DNA of 35,707 bases from Octopus sinensis (taxonomy: Eukaryota). Position numbers and translations under genes: made by a program. Below, piece by piece: positions 12,193 to 23,275 of this stretch (positions are counted from its first letter, which is position 1; each line of letters starts with the position of its first letter). A model generated the notes under the pieces. It saw only the letters and a list, made by a program, of their open reading frames with translations, was not told the DNA's origin and made no database searches. The DNA is taken from contig NW_021826276.1 of assembly GCF_006345805.1 (NCBI RefSeq), positions 1-35,707 of the forward strand, given 5' to 3'.

Positions 12193-12247
12193 CTATCTAT
12201 CTATCTTTCTCTCTCTCTCTCTCTCTGCTATATATATATATATATAT

Positions 12248-12317
<70 letters not shown>

Positions 12318-13297
12318 ATATATAACATATTTGAAATTAAAAACAAATGGTAAAAGAACATTTAAAATGAAAATAATAAAACATGTATCCAAAATTTGAA
12401 ATATGAAAAGTAAGGGTAGAAAGTGAATTAGAAATATATCAATGTACGCGATAGTGATAAATGCCTAACAAAATACAAACACCAACATATATACACAATT
12501 TTTCTTTTTACGCAATGACAACATATTGAAATAAAACTAGTCGGCTTTGCGTCAAACACATCTGCTTTTAACCATGATATAACAAGTGCGTCGTTTTGTT
12601 TGTCCAAGTCCGGTAGTCCGTGTGACAATATGATAGACGGTTCATGTTTTTAGCTATTATATGTGCCTAAAGTTTTCTTTTACAGGCTTCTGTGGCATTT
12701 CAATGGTTATTAGTGTATATTTATTTTCGTTTGATTGTACGACTGTGAACGCATTTATCTCTTGTGCGTGTGTGTTTTAAACTATATTCGAGAATCTGTG
12801 TATAGATTTTAGCCAAGAGCTATCTATGTAAGCAAGTTATGTATGTACGCATGTAGGTATTTTGTAACCATGCACACACACAATATACATACAAACATAG
12901 ATACATATATATTTATGCACATCCATGTCTATACATATAGTTGTATATATATATATATATATGGCTATAACTAGTTACGTGTATATGTGTTTTTATGTAT
13001 GTCTATGTATTTTAACAGGTTTATATATATACATGTTTAAATGGGCATATGTGCATGTATGTATACATAAATATTATTAATTTTATCTATCTAACCTACC
13101 TAACCATACACACATACACATATACGCATACACACATACACATACTAACACACACACACACACTATTCACACACACATATATATGTATGTGCGTATGATT
13201 CAGTGATTATATGATTGTGTTGTTACGCATGTCTATGCTATATTCTCTGGCATGTGTATACGTTTTTGCAAGAGAACTCTAGGTGTCTCTGGAAGGA

Positions 13298-13389
<92 letters not shown>

Positions 13390-13390
13390 A
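13298..13390. repeat. (ATCT)n microsatellite
   Basis: Seen directly. Confidence 0.97.
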
Positions 13391-13443
13391 ATCTAGCTAT
13401 CCATCCGTCTATCTCTCTTTTCTCTATCTCTCTACCTCTCACT

Positions 13444-13775
13444 TGGTCTTTTCCGTAGGCTTTTCTTTCCACGGGTAAACCTCACCTGTCCTCCCCTTTA
13501 CACTTCATATTGACATTTCTGTGATAACGATCCCTATTGATCAATTTTTTTTTTTTCATCTCCCCCTTTTTTTAACCCCCTTTTTTTTTGTCCTCTTTCT
13601 CTCCTTTTACGATCCCTTTTGATCGAAACTCCCCCTTCCTTTTTTTTAATTAAAAAAAAAATTTTTAATTTTATTTATTTTTTTATTTTTATTTTTTTTT
13701 AAACCTTCAAAAGAAAAGCTCTACCTTGTAATTTGTTCTATCTGTGTGCAGCCCTGTGTGGCTAATAAAGAAACA

Positions 13776-13776
<1 letters not shown>
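13444..13776 (+). mobile_element. Tx1/L1-like retrotransposon, 3' UTR only (copy 1)
   Basis: Homologous to 15053-15347; ends GGCTAATAAAGAAACAT followed by (ATCT)n. Confidence 0.85.
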
Positions 13777-13840
<64 letters not shown>

Positions 13841-13853
13841 GTGTGTCTGTCTG

Positions 13854-13919
<66 letters not shown>
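13777..13919. repeat. (ATCT)n microsatellite between the two Tx1-like copies
   Basis: Seen directly. Confidence 0.97.
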
Positions 13920-14970
13920 AGGTGGCGAACACGTACATCGCGTCCATCATCTACTACCGCTTGACCGTCGTACCTTGTCCCGACCCTACCTTCACCAAAC
14001 GCATATCTCTTCCGCTTCTTGTGGAAAGGATGCGTCCCGATGGTCAGGTGATCCATTTGCTGTCAACACCCGTTAAAAGGAGAGTTGGGCATGCCGTGGT
14101 TGATGATGCACAGACACGCGCTGAGACTGCGACATCTCCGGCTCTATGTAGACGACGGTGAACAGGTGTGGTTGCCGTTTGTGAGGCACGCGTTCCCACA
14201 GCTCGTCTCCATGACCGAACTGCAGTCGTGGATCAAAAAGAGGCCGAGGAAGGGTGAATGGCACCGCGAGTGTCGCGTTGCTCTCAAGCAACTCTGCCGT
14301 CCCGGGTCGACCTTGAGTGACTTCAACACAACCAAAGCATTCTATAGTGGATTAGTGGAAGGGAGGTACGACGACGATCTTGGGGCGAACCTGGGCGTCG
14401 ACGAGGAATACCTGACCCGCCTGTTTCAAACGACTTTCGGCCCGGGACCTATGGACAACTTCCAGAGATCCCTGGTCTGGCGGTGCTACCGAGAAGCGCT
14501 ATCCGTTCGGGATAAGCTCTATAGGCATGGCTCGAGAAACACGGGGCCGACCTGCCCGAGATGCGGGCAGAGCGACGAAACCGCTCTGCACGCAATCATG
14601 CAGTGTCCAGCAATTTCCGATCTGTGGGCTTATGTCGAACGACTGCTGTCACGTGTGGGACGTGTCGGTTTATCAGCCGAGTCTATCGTTAATATCGTCA
14701 CGCCTCCTTCCTTCAAACGGGAAGGAAGAGCTATTTTTATCATACTTGTGGCTATGGCGAAAGAATGTATCTGGTGGACGCGCCTGAAAGGATTAGAGAC
14801 AACACTTTCCTCTCTGGTCAATCTCTCATCAACTTCTTCAAGTATCACTTGAAGAGGAAAGTGAGAGTAGAGAGGCAAGTTTTGTCTAGTGAATGTTTTA
14901 AAAAAGATGGGTGAATGTAGCAAGGATGGCGCGTATGAATGACGAAGCCACCTTGACTATGATTCTATGA
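13920..14970 (+). pseudogene. Tx1/L1-like ORF2 C-terminal fragment (post-RT region plus CCHC zinc knuckle), frameshifted
   Basis: [37 protein letters not shown] (GGLG-type motif) and CPRCGQSDETALHAIMQC (C-x2-C-x8-H-x4-C). Frameshifts near 14000 and 14800, a stop near 14050, and a natural stop TGA at 14968-14970. Confidence 0.85.
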
Positions 14971-15346
14971 ACCGTAACAAATAAATACAGAGAGTTGCTT
15001 ATTTGCAAAAAAAAAAAAAAAAAAGAATATAACATGTGACTTCATTGACCGTGGTCTTTTCCGTAGGCTTTCTTTCCACGGGTAAACCTCACTGTCCTCC
15101 CTTTACACTTCATATTGACATTTCTGTGATAACGATCCCTATTGATCAATTTTTTTTCCTTTCCCTTTTTTCCTCCCTCCCCCACTTTTTTTTTTCAATT
15201 TTATTCCCCCCTTTTTTTGTCCTCTTTCTTTCCCTTACGATCCCTTTTGATCGAAAGCAAAACACCCTTTTTTACCCCCAAAAGAAAAGCTCTACCTTGT
15301 AATTTGTCCTGTCTGTGTGCAACCCTGTGTGGCTAATAAAGAAACA

Positions 15347-15347
<1 letters not shown>
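13920..15347 (+). mobile_element. 5'-truncated Tx1/L1-like retrotransposon (copy 2)
   Basis: ORF2 C-terminal region, then a T/C-rich 3' UTR ending AATAAAGAAACAT plus (ATCT)n. The 5' junction lies directly in (ATCT)n. Confidence 0.9.
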
Positions 15348-15428
<81 letters not shown>

Positions 15429-15429
15429 C

Positions 15430-15500
<71 letters not shown>

Positions 15501-15596
15501 ATGTATGCATGTATCATATATCAATGTACGCATGTATGTATATATCAATGTATGTATGTATGTATGTATGTATGTATGTATGTATGTATGTATGTG

Positions 15597-15628
<32 letters not shown>

Positions 15629-15665
15629 TGTGTGTGTGTATGTATGTATGTACGTATGTATGTAT
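15348..15665. repeat. (ATCT)n followed by (ATGT)n microsatellite
   Basis: Seen directly; ATCT runs to about 15500. Confidence 0.97.
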
Positions 15666-15820
15666 GATTGCATAGATACACCTGTTTGTGTATGCGTGCG
15701 AATTTGCGTCTGCGCATCTGAAGAAGATACGTGAAATGCCCCGTCGTATTTATTTTGTCAATACATATTTTCATTCAATTTGTCGATAAACGGAAACCAA
15801 TATTAATAATACTGCTGCAA

Positions 15821-15829
15821 ACTACTACG

Positions 15830-15878
<49 letters not shown>

Positions 15879-16009
15879 ACTACTACGACTACTACTACTA
15901 CTACTACTACTACTACCACTACCACTACCACCACCACTACCACTACTACTACCACCACTACCACTACCACTGCTACTACCACCACTACCACCTACACCAC
16001 CACCACCAT

Positions 16010-16095
<86 letters not shown>

Positions 16096-16100
16096 TTAAT
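15821..16100. repeat. Compound (ACT)/(ACC)/(AAT)n microsatellite
   Basis: Seen directly. Confidence 0.95.
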
Positions 16101-16140
16101 AATAAAACAATAGCAGTAATGAGAATTCATATCTAATTTC

Positions 16141-16333
16141 GGCACAGGGCCAGCAGTTTCCTAGGAGTGGGTAAGTAGATTACAGGAACATTAGTGTTCT
16201 GCTGGTTTTTATTATTTTATCGATCCCGAATGATGGGAAGCAAGGTCGGCCTCAGCAGAATTTGAATGTGAGAAGGACAAAGTGCCGCAAAACATTTTGC
16301 CCAGCGTTCTGACGATTCTGCCAGGTCACCGGC
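16141..16333 (-). mobile_element. tRNA-derived SINE, family B
   Basis: The reverse complement reads GCCGGTGACCTGGCAGAATCGTCAGAACGCTGGGCAAAATG..., homologous to the 29175 copy. Confidence 0.75.
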
Positions 16334-16334
16334 T

Positions 16335-16351
16335 TAATAATAATAATAATG

Positions 16352-16417
<66 letters not shown>

Positions 16418-16495
16418 TAATAATAATAATAATAATAATAAAAGAGGAAAAAGAAAAAGAAGAAGAAGAAGAAGAACAACAACAACAACAATAAT
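16335..16495. repeat. (AAT)n/(GAA)n/(CAA)n microsatellite
   Basis: Seen directly. Confidence 0.95.
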
Positions 16496-16645
16496 CTAAT
16501 ATAAGATATGTGAAAACTAATTTTTCTGTCAACGTTTCACACTTCGACTCCCGTCCCTCACTATTCCTTGACACTTCTACTATTATTCATACTAGGGTGA
16601 CAGTTATAGTAGGTATAGGGACGAAGAGGGCGGTGGCGAATACAA

Positions 16646-16696
<51 letters not shown>

Positions 16697-16826
16697 AGAG
16701 AGAAGAGAAGAAAGACGGAGTGAAACAGAGACAAAGAAATATAAGGAGAGTTGATTATGTTCTGATTAAAAGTAGCAATTTTGATGGTGGCAGTGGAAGT
16801 AATAATAAGAAGAGAGAGAGAGAGTA

Positions 16827-16857
<31 letters not shown>

Positions 16858-17357
16858 GTTAGAAATAGTGGGTATGTAAGAAAAAGAGGGACTAAACATT
16901 GAACCAACATACTGAACTAACATACTGAACGATGGTAATGGGGTGATAGGAATAGTATGAGCTGTAGTTGCGATAGAGTCAGAGGAGGCGGTGTTGATGA
17001 TGATGGTGTTGGTGGTGGTGGTGGTTGCCAAGGCGGTCAGGGATGACGGTGAGAGTAAGTGATGTGAAAGACAGTGGTGATGGTAGTGGAGGGGAAACCG
17101 GCGAAGACAAAGGTATTGATGGTGGTGACATCAGAAGTCTGAATGATGTGAGTATGTCAGATGTGATGGCGATAGTGATGGTACTGTTGTTTATCATGCT
17201 ACTTTGCAATAAGTTCCAAGTCAACAAATTATATCTCTCTTTTCAAGAAAATTATTCATTGCTTGAAAAATATTGTTCAAGTTTTAAAAATTTAATATGT
17301 TCTCAATGCATGAAGTGTTATTGTTGGGCCCCAGGCCTAATGAATAGCTCTCCACAG

Positions 17358-17408
17358 GATGATGCTGATATGACACAAGTGCAAAAGGCCATCTACGACA
17401 GAAAAAAG
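17358..17408 (+). CDS. Candidate 51-nt exon (DDADMTQVQKAIYDRKK), or terminal exon ending ..KKAR*
   Basis: CTAAT branch-like motif and CTCTCCACAG| acceptor; only phase 0 is open. It ends at AAG|GCAAGA (GC-type donor) or at TAG three codons later. Confidence 0.22.
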
Positions 17409-17423
17409 GCAAGATAGAAATCG

Positions 17424-18500
17424 ACCAACCAGTCAAAAAGACGACCTACCGACCAACTAACAAACCAGCCAACCAACCGACAAACCAAACAACTAGGCGA
17501 GCCACCGACAAACCAACCAACCAGCCAACCCACGACCAACCGATCAATCAACCAACCAGCTAACCTACCGACCAACCAACCAACCAACCAACCAACCAGC
17601 CAACAGACCGACAAACCAACCAACCAGCCAACCCACGACCAACCGATCAATCAACCAACCAGCTAACCCACCGACCAACCAACCAACCAACCAACCAGCC
17701 AACAGACCGACAAACCAACCAACCAGCCAACCCACGACCAACCGATCAATCAACCAACCAGCTAACCCACAGACCAACCAACCAACCAACCAACCAGCCA
17801 ACAGACCGACAAACCAACCAACCAACCAACCAGCCGACACACGACCAACCGACCAACCAACAAACCAGCCGAGCCGCCGACCAGCCAACCAAGAAGCCGA
17901 CCCACCAACCAGCCGAACCACGACCAACCGACCAACCGACCAACCAGCCGACCCACAGACCAACCGACAAACCAACCACCATCCGACACACGACCAACCT
18001 ACCAACCTACCAACCAGCCGACCTAGCGACAAACCAGCCAGCCAGCCGACCCACGACCAACCGACCAACCAGCCAACCAGCCGGCCCACCGAACAACCAA
18101 GCAACCAGCCAACCAACCGACAAACCAACCAACCAGCCGACACTTGACCAACCGACCAACCAGCAAACCCACAGACCAACCAACCAACCAACCAGCCACC
18201 AACCGACAAACTAGCCAACCAGCCGACCCATGACCGACCGACAAACCAACCAACCAGCCAACACACGACCAACCGACCAACCTACCAACCAGCCAACCAG
18301 CGGGCCCACCGACCAACCAAGCAACCAGCCAACCAACCGACAAACCAACCAACCAGCCGACCCACGTCCAACCAAATAGCCAACCCACCGACTAACCCGC
18401 CCGCCTAACCAACCAACCAGGGAGGCAACCACAAACAAACCTGCGTCCCAACCGACCAACCAGCCAACCAGCCAACCGTCCCACCGACCAACCAGCCAAC
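17424..18500. repeat. About 1.1 kb (ACCA/ACCG)n satellite with higher-order units
   Basis: The CACGACC marker recurs at 17531, 17634, 17733, 17840, 17919, 17989 and 18052. The + strand is almost T-free. Confidence 0.92.
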
Positions 18501-18767
18501 GCTTCTGTTGGCTGTTATTTTTATATAAAAGTCACTGAATAAAAGATGGGTTGGTCACGGCGTGGTACTACTTTATCTTTCCCGCTTATTACTGTTTTAT
18601 TTAATTATCAATATTTATTATTGTTTATTACTGCTTTATATATTTATACTCTTGTACATTGTTTAAGTTGTTGTTGTTGTTGTTGTGATAGTTATTGTTT
18701 TAAAACATATTTTTAAAAAATACTGGGACCGGAAAAGATAATAGCATTGTTTATAATATGTGTGTAT

Positions 18768-19182
18768 ACTCTTTACTCTTTTACTCTTTTACTTGTTTCA
18801 GTCAGTTGACTGCGACCATGCTGGGGCATCGCCTTTAGTCGAGCAACTCGACCCCGGGACTTATTCTTTGTAAGCCCAGTACTTATTCTATCGGTCTCTT
18901 TTGCCGAACCGCTAACTGACGGGGACATAAACACACCCGCATCGGTTGTCAAGCAATGCTAGGGGGACAAACACAGACACACAAACACACACGCACACAC
19001 ACATATATATACATATATACGACGGGCTTCTTTCAGTTTACGTCTACCAAATCCACTCACAAGGCTTTGGTCGGCCCGAGGCTATAGTAGAAGACACTTG
19101 CCCAAGGTGCCACGCAGTGGGACTGAACCCGGAACCATGTGGCTGGTAAGCAAGCTACTTACCACACAGCCACTCCTGCGCC
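18768..19182 (-). mobile_element. Full-length SINE, family A
   Basis: Homologous to the 4280 copy. Confidence 0.9.
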
Positions 19183-19230
19183 TGTATGTACATAATACGT
19201 ACATGTATATGTGCGTGCGTGTGTATATAT

Positions 19231-19274
<44 letters not shown>

Positions 19275-19344
19275 TAAATGAAATAAAACATATGCATATA
19301 TATAAACATATATGTACGTACCTACCTCTACATGTACATATACA

Positions 19345-19790
19345 CGCATATATGTGTACAGGACACCAAAGGGACGTCGAACACAAAGAGAAACGAAAAC
19401 ATAGACACAAACCAAAGGAACTGGCCCTTTTTTAAAAAACAACAAAAAATGGAGTACAGGACAATTAACACAACGAAAAAACCCCTACTTCAGTCGCTAA
19501 GGTTTCATCTACTCTACGTTTCGAAGGATAAAAGCGAGACGTATCTTCGACAAGAAACTTTCCTTCCTGCGAAAAGCAAATCAATTAAAATTCTGAGATC
19601 TTTTCGCAGAGGGGTAAAAAATGGTAAAAAATGGTAAAAAAACAGGACAGTAACGACAGTACAAAAATATAAACAGTAAAAAAATAAACAGTAAAAAAGT
19701 ATAAACAGTAAAAAAATATAACAGTAAAAGACAGGACATGGAAAAACAAGATAAGAAGGGCTGTTGACGCCGAACGAAAAAAAGTATTGC
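19345..19790 (-). mobile_element. Penelope-like pseudo-LTR remnant (tentative)
   Basis: The minus strand contains ATCCTTCGAAACGTAG, similar to PLE terminal repeats (from recollection). It also has two internal hairpins and a ~16-bp AAACAGTAAAAAAAT tandem. No ORF support. Confidence 0.3.
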
Positions 19791-19934
19791 AAACATATAT
19801 ATATATATATATGCGTGTGTGTGTGTGTGTGTTTGGATAGGTAGGTCGGTTAATATATAAATGTATACACACACATACACGTAATGTGAATGCATGTATG
19901 TATGTATGTAATGTATATATATATGTGTGTATAT

Positions 19935-20110
19935 CTTTGTGTTTGGGATTGTCTCTCAAGACAGCTTGACAACCGGCGTTCACATCTCCGTAATTTAGTG
20001 GTGCGGCAAAAAGAGACCCATAGAATCAGTAACACTTTAAAACAAGTACTGGGATCGATTTATTCAATTAAACTATTCAAGGCGTTGCTCCAGCATGACC
20101 ACAATACAAT
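19935..20110 (+). mobile_element. Old, diverged 3' half of a family A-related SINE
   Basis: GCTTGACAACCGG...GGCAAAAGAGACC.ATAGAAT.AGTA...GCTCCAGCATGACCACA. Confidence 0.65.
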
Positions 20111-20148
20111 TACTAAAACATATGTATATATATATATATATATATATA

Positions 20149-20353
20149 TTGTATAGAGGGCATTATTACACATAAATGCCTCACACTAGGAGGGACAAAG
20201 TCATTACTACCAAAATTATACTAATCATACCCAAATGCAGTTTTTCAAAGCAAGACATTTAAAAAATGAATTTAGTTCTGTATCACCGTGATTTCACATT
20301 CAACTTACGTCTAATGATCGTCAGCAGAACTGATTCTGAACACATCATAAATA
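20149..20353. repeat. Direct repeat, copy 1 (205 bp)
   Basis: Matches 20630-20832 apart from two 1-bp indels. Confidence 0.95.
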
Positions 20354-20629
20354 AACTACCAACCTTACGTAGCGAAGACGAACAGACAACTGCTCACTCC
20401 GGCCAAGCACATGGAATGTTTATAAATCATATATCCGGTAAATGGCGGGCTTTTTACGAACTGCATGTCGGGTAATGAAAAGTATTTCGGAATAAGTTTA
20501 ACCATTAAGGATAATCTCTTGCGTGTACAATCTTAACAAGAAATTATCGGGTAGCTAGCGTGAAAACCTCATAAAAGAAAAGAATTCGAAAATAATTTTT
20601 TTCTTTTGAACAAATTAATTATATCTATA

Positions 20630-20825
20630 TTGTATAGAGGGCATTATTACACATAAATGCCTCACACTAGGAGGGACAAAGTCATTACTACCAAAATTAT
20701 ACTAATCATACCCAAATGCATTTTTCAAAGCAAGACATTTAAAAAATGAATTTAGTTCTGTATCACCGTGATTTCACATTCAACTTACGTCTAATGACGT
20801 CAGCAGAACTGATTCTGAACACATC

Positions 20826-20832
<7 letters not shown>
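20630..20832. repeat. Direct repeat, copy 2 (203 bp)
   Basis: See copy 1. Confidence 0.95.
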
Positions 20833-20905
<73 letters not shown>

Positions 20906-21094
20906 ATATGTATACATACACACACGCGCACACGCACTCACACACAAACACACACACACACATATATATATATATACATACACATATACGAGACCAAAAG
21001 AATAAATAGCGCTACATTTATAAAAACAAATACTTACTGAAATAAAAAAATAAAAAAATATAACAATAATAAAATATATATAAATAACCTATAC

Positions 21095-21185
21095 GGCTGT
21101 GTGGTAAGTAGCTTGCTAACCAACTACATGGTTCCGGGTTCAGTCCCACTGCGTGGCATCTTTGGCAAGTGTCTTCTGCTATAGC
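21095..21185 (+). mobile_element. SINE family A, 5' head fragment
   Basis: GGCTGTGTGGTAAGTAGC...GGTTCAGTCCCACTGCGTGGCA...CTATAGC, followed by an abrupt switch to LINE sequence. Confidence 0.85.
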
Positions 21186-22720
21186 GACATTATTTTCAAC
21201 CTTAAAAAGGTTGATCAATGAATAATGAACCAAGAAACTGCGAATGAAATTTTGAAATATATGAGAAAAAGTAACATCACAGAAACAAATAATCTGAACA
21301 AGGCAGCAAGTAGTGTAGTAGCAGAAAATGTGAGTGTTAATGTCAAGGAAAAGAAATATAATGGGAGTTACAAATGAAATGATCCATGGTGGGAAAGAGG
21401 AATAGAGGCTCTCGAAGAACATTTCTGTGTTAGACGGAAAAGAAATGGGCGAGTTTAAAAGCGAACAAAAATACAGGGCAGTGAAAACGAAGTGGAATAT
21501 TGAAATAAAAGGCCTGAAAGTGGTATTGGAGGGATTGTAACAGCGCCTCGTTGCAAAGAAAAGCAAATATGATAAGGTAAGACCAAAGAATGAAAGGTTA
21601 ATAGCAGAATAGGTTATTCAGAGTAGGCTAGAAGGGATTCTACAAAGAAACAAATGTAATGATGAAAAGTTGATACCAGATAACATTGTAAGTCAAGGTT
21701 TTGGAGTGACAACGGGAGCAAAGGCAAGGAGCACAAGAAGGATGCTGAATGGTTGCAAGAACTGAAACAAAAAATAGTCTCTCCAAAACAGGCAGAACTT
21801 GTTATTTCATTGAGGAAAGTAAAAGACATCAGCAAAAAACTGGGCAAATGGAAGGCTCCAGGAGCAGATGAACTTCAAGGCTTCTGGGCCAAAAGATTTT
21901 GTGAATGTTATGCACGAATAACTGCACAACACAACACCTTGTTAAATACCGACCAAGTAACACCAGAATGGTTGACAATTGGTTAGATAGTGTTGTGTTT
22001 GAAAAACATCGCAAAATGCAATACGGTAGACAATTACAGACCGATATCCTGCTTGCCACTTATGTGGAAATTATTGACTGGAATAGTCGCAATGTCAATG
22101 TAACACATGAGCAAAAGAGTTGTAATCGTAAATGCAGAGATATCAAGGATCAACTCCTGGTAGACAAAACTGTAGTTAGAGACTGCAAGATGAAGAAAAC
22201 TAACGTAGCGAGGAAAACTAACGTAGCCATGTCATGGATCGATTATCGTAAGGCGTACGATATGATCTCACATTCTTGGATTATGGAATGTATGAACCTA
22301 TTTGGTACTGCATCGAATGTTAAGCGATTACTTGGAAAAAGTATAGCGAAGTGGAGGACGGAACTGACAGCATATGGAAGAAGTTTAGGGACAATAGAAA
22401 TCAGGGGAGACATCTTCTAAGGACTGCCTGTCCCCACTGATCTTTGTACTGTGCATGATACCACTAACACTGATTCTGGGGAAAGCAAAGGGTGGGTATG
22501 TATTCAAGAGCCGCCAACAAAAGTCATGGATGACCTCAAAGTGTATGGTAAAGATGAATCCCAAGTCAGTTTCCTCGTTGGGTTCGAACTGAAAAAAGGG
22601 ATCGGGGTGGGGGGGACAAAAAGAAACGGTGATCAAAAGGGATCGTGTATCACAGAAGAATTTGGAAAGAATAACCTACGGAAAAGACCACGGTAACCTC
22701 AGACAGGGAGGTAATAAACA
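21186..22720 (+). pseudogene. Decayed R4/Dong-clade non-LTR retrotransposon, reverse transcriptase region
   Basis: [81 protein letters not shown] and MDDLKVYGK; many stops and frameshifts. Confidence 0.85.
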
Positions 22721-22735
22721 CATGAGCGCAAAGTG

Positions 22736-22766
<31 letters not shown>

Positions 22767-23275
22767 TCGATTTACAAGATCATGCTCAAGGTGGTTTCGT
22801 CACTCGCACGCACCATCTTTGCTACATTCACCCATCTTTTTTTTTGAAACTTTCAGATAGATAGATAGAGAGAGAGAGAGAGAGGGAGAGAGAGAGGGAG
22901 AGAGAGGGGGGGAGAGAGAGAGATGAGACAGTGAGATTTATTTAAGAATAGATAGATTGTATAGAAATATGGCAATCTCTGTATCCTACGTAACGTGGAT
23001 ATACTAAAAATAAGCCACAATACTCGGTGTTCGTGTTCAGATTACATCTCGTATTGCCGTATATTGTTAAAAACACAAAGCATGAGGAGCACATGAAAAC
23101 AGTTGAACAGCATGGGCGGATCATGTGGTTTCTGCGTATTTCTGCGTCATCAGTAGCAAGTATCACCTATGAGCTTCATTCTTAAACAGATTTCACTCCC
23201 GGTGGTATGAAGGAAGACAATGATAAATCAGTCACTTATATCACAAGTAGCTGGCAGACTTGGCAAATTTAGTTA

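Noticed and set aside
15718-15740. CTGAAGA...GAAATG hammerhead-like core
   Set aside because: Neither helix I nor helix II can be formed.
17424-18500. CRISPR array or telomeric repeat
   Set aside because: No unique spacers and a eukaryotic context; the motif is GGTT/GGTC, not TTAGGG.
20149-20832. TRIM or LTR element
   Set aside because: Identity extends past TG..CA, and there is no PBS, PPT or TSD.
23120-23155. Hammerhead-like CTGATGA...GAAAC on the minus strand
   Set aside because: No valid helix II (at most 2 bp) and no helix I/III partners found.
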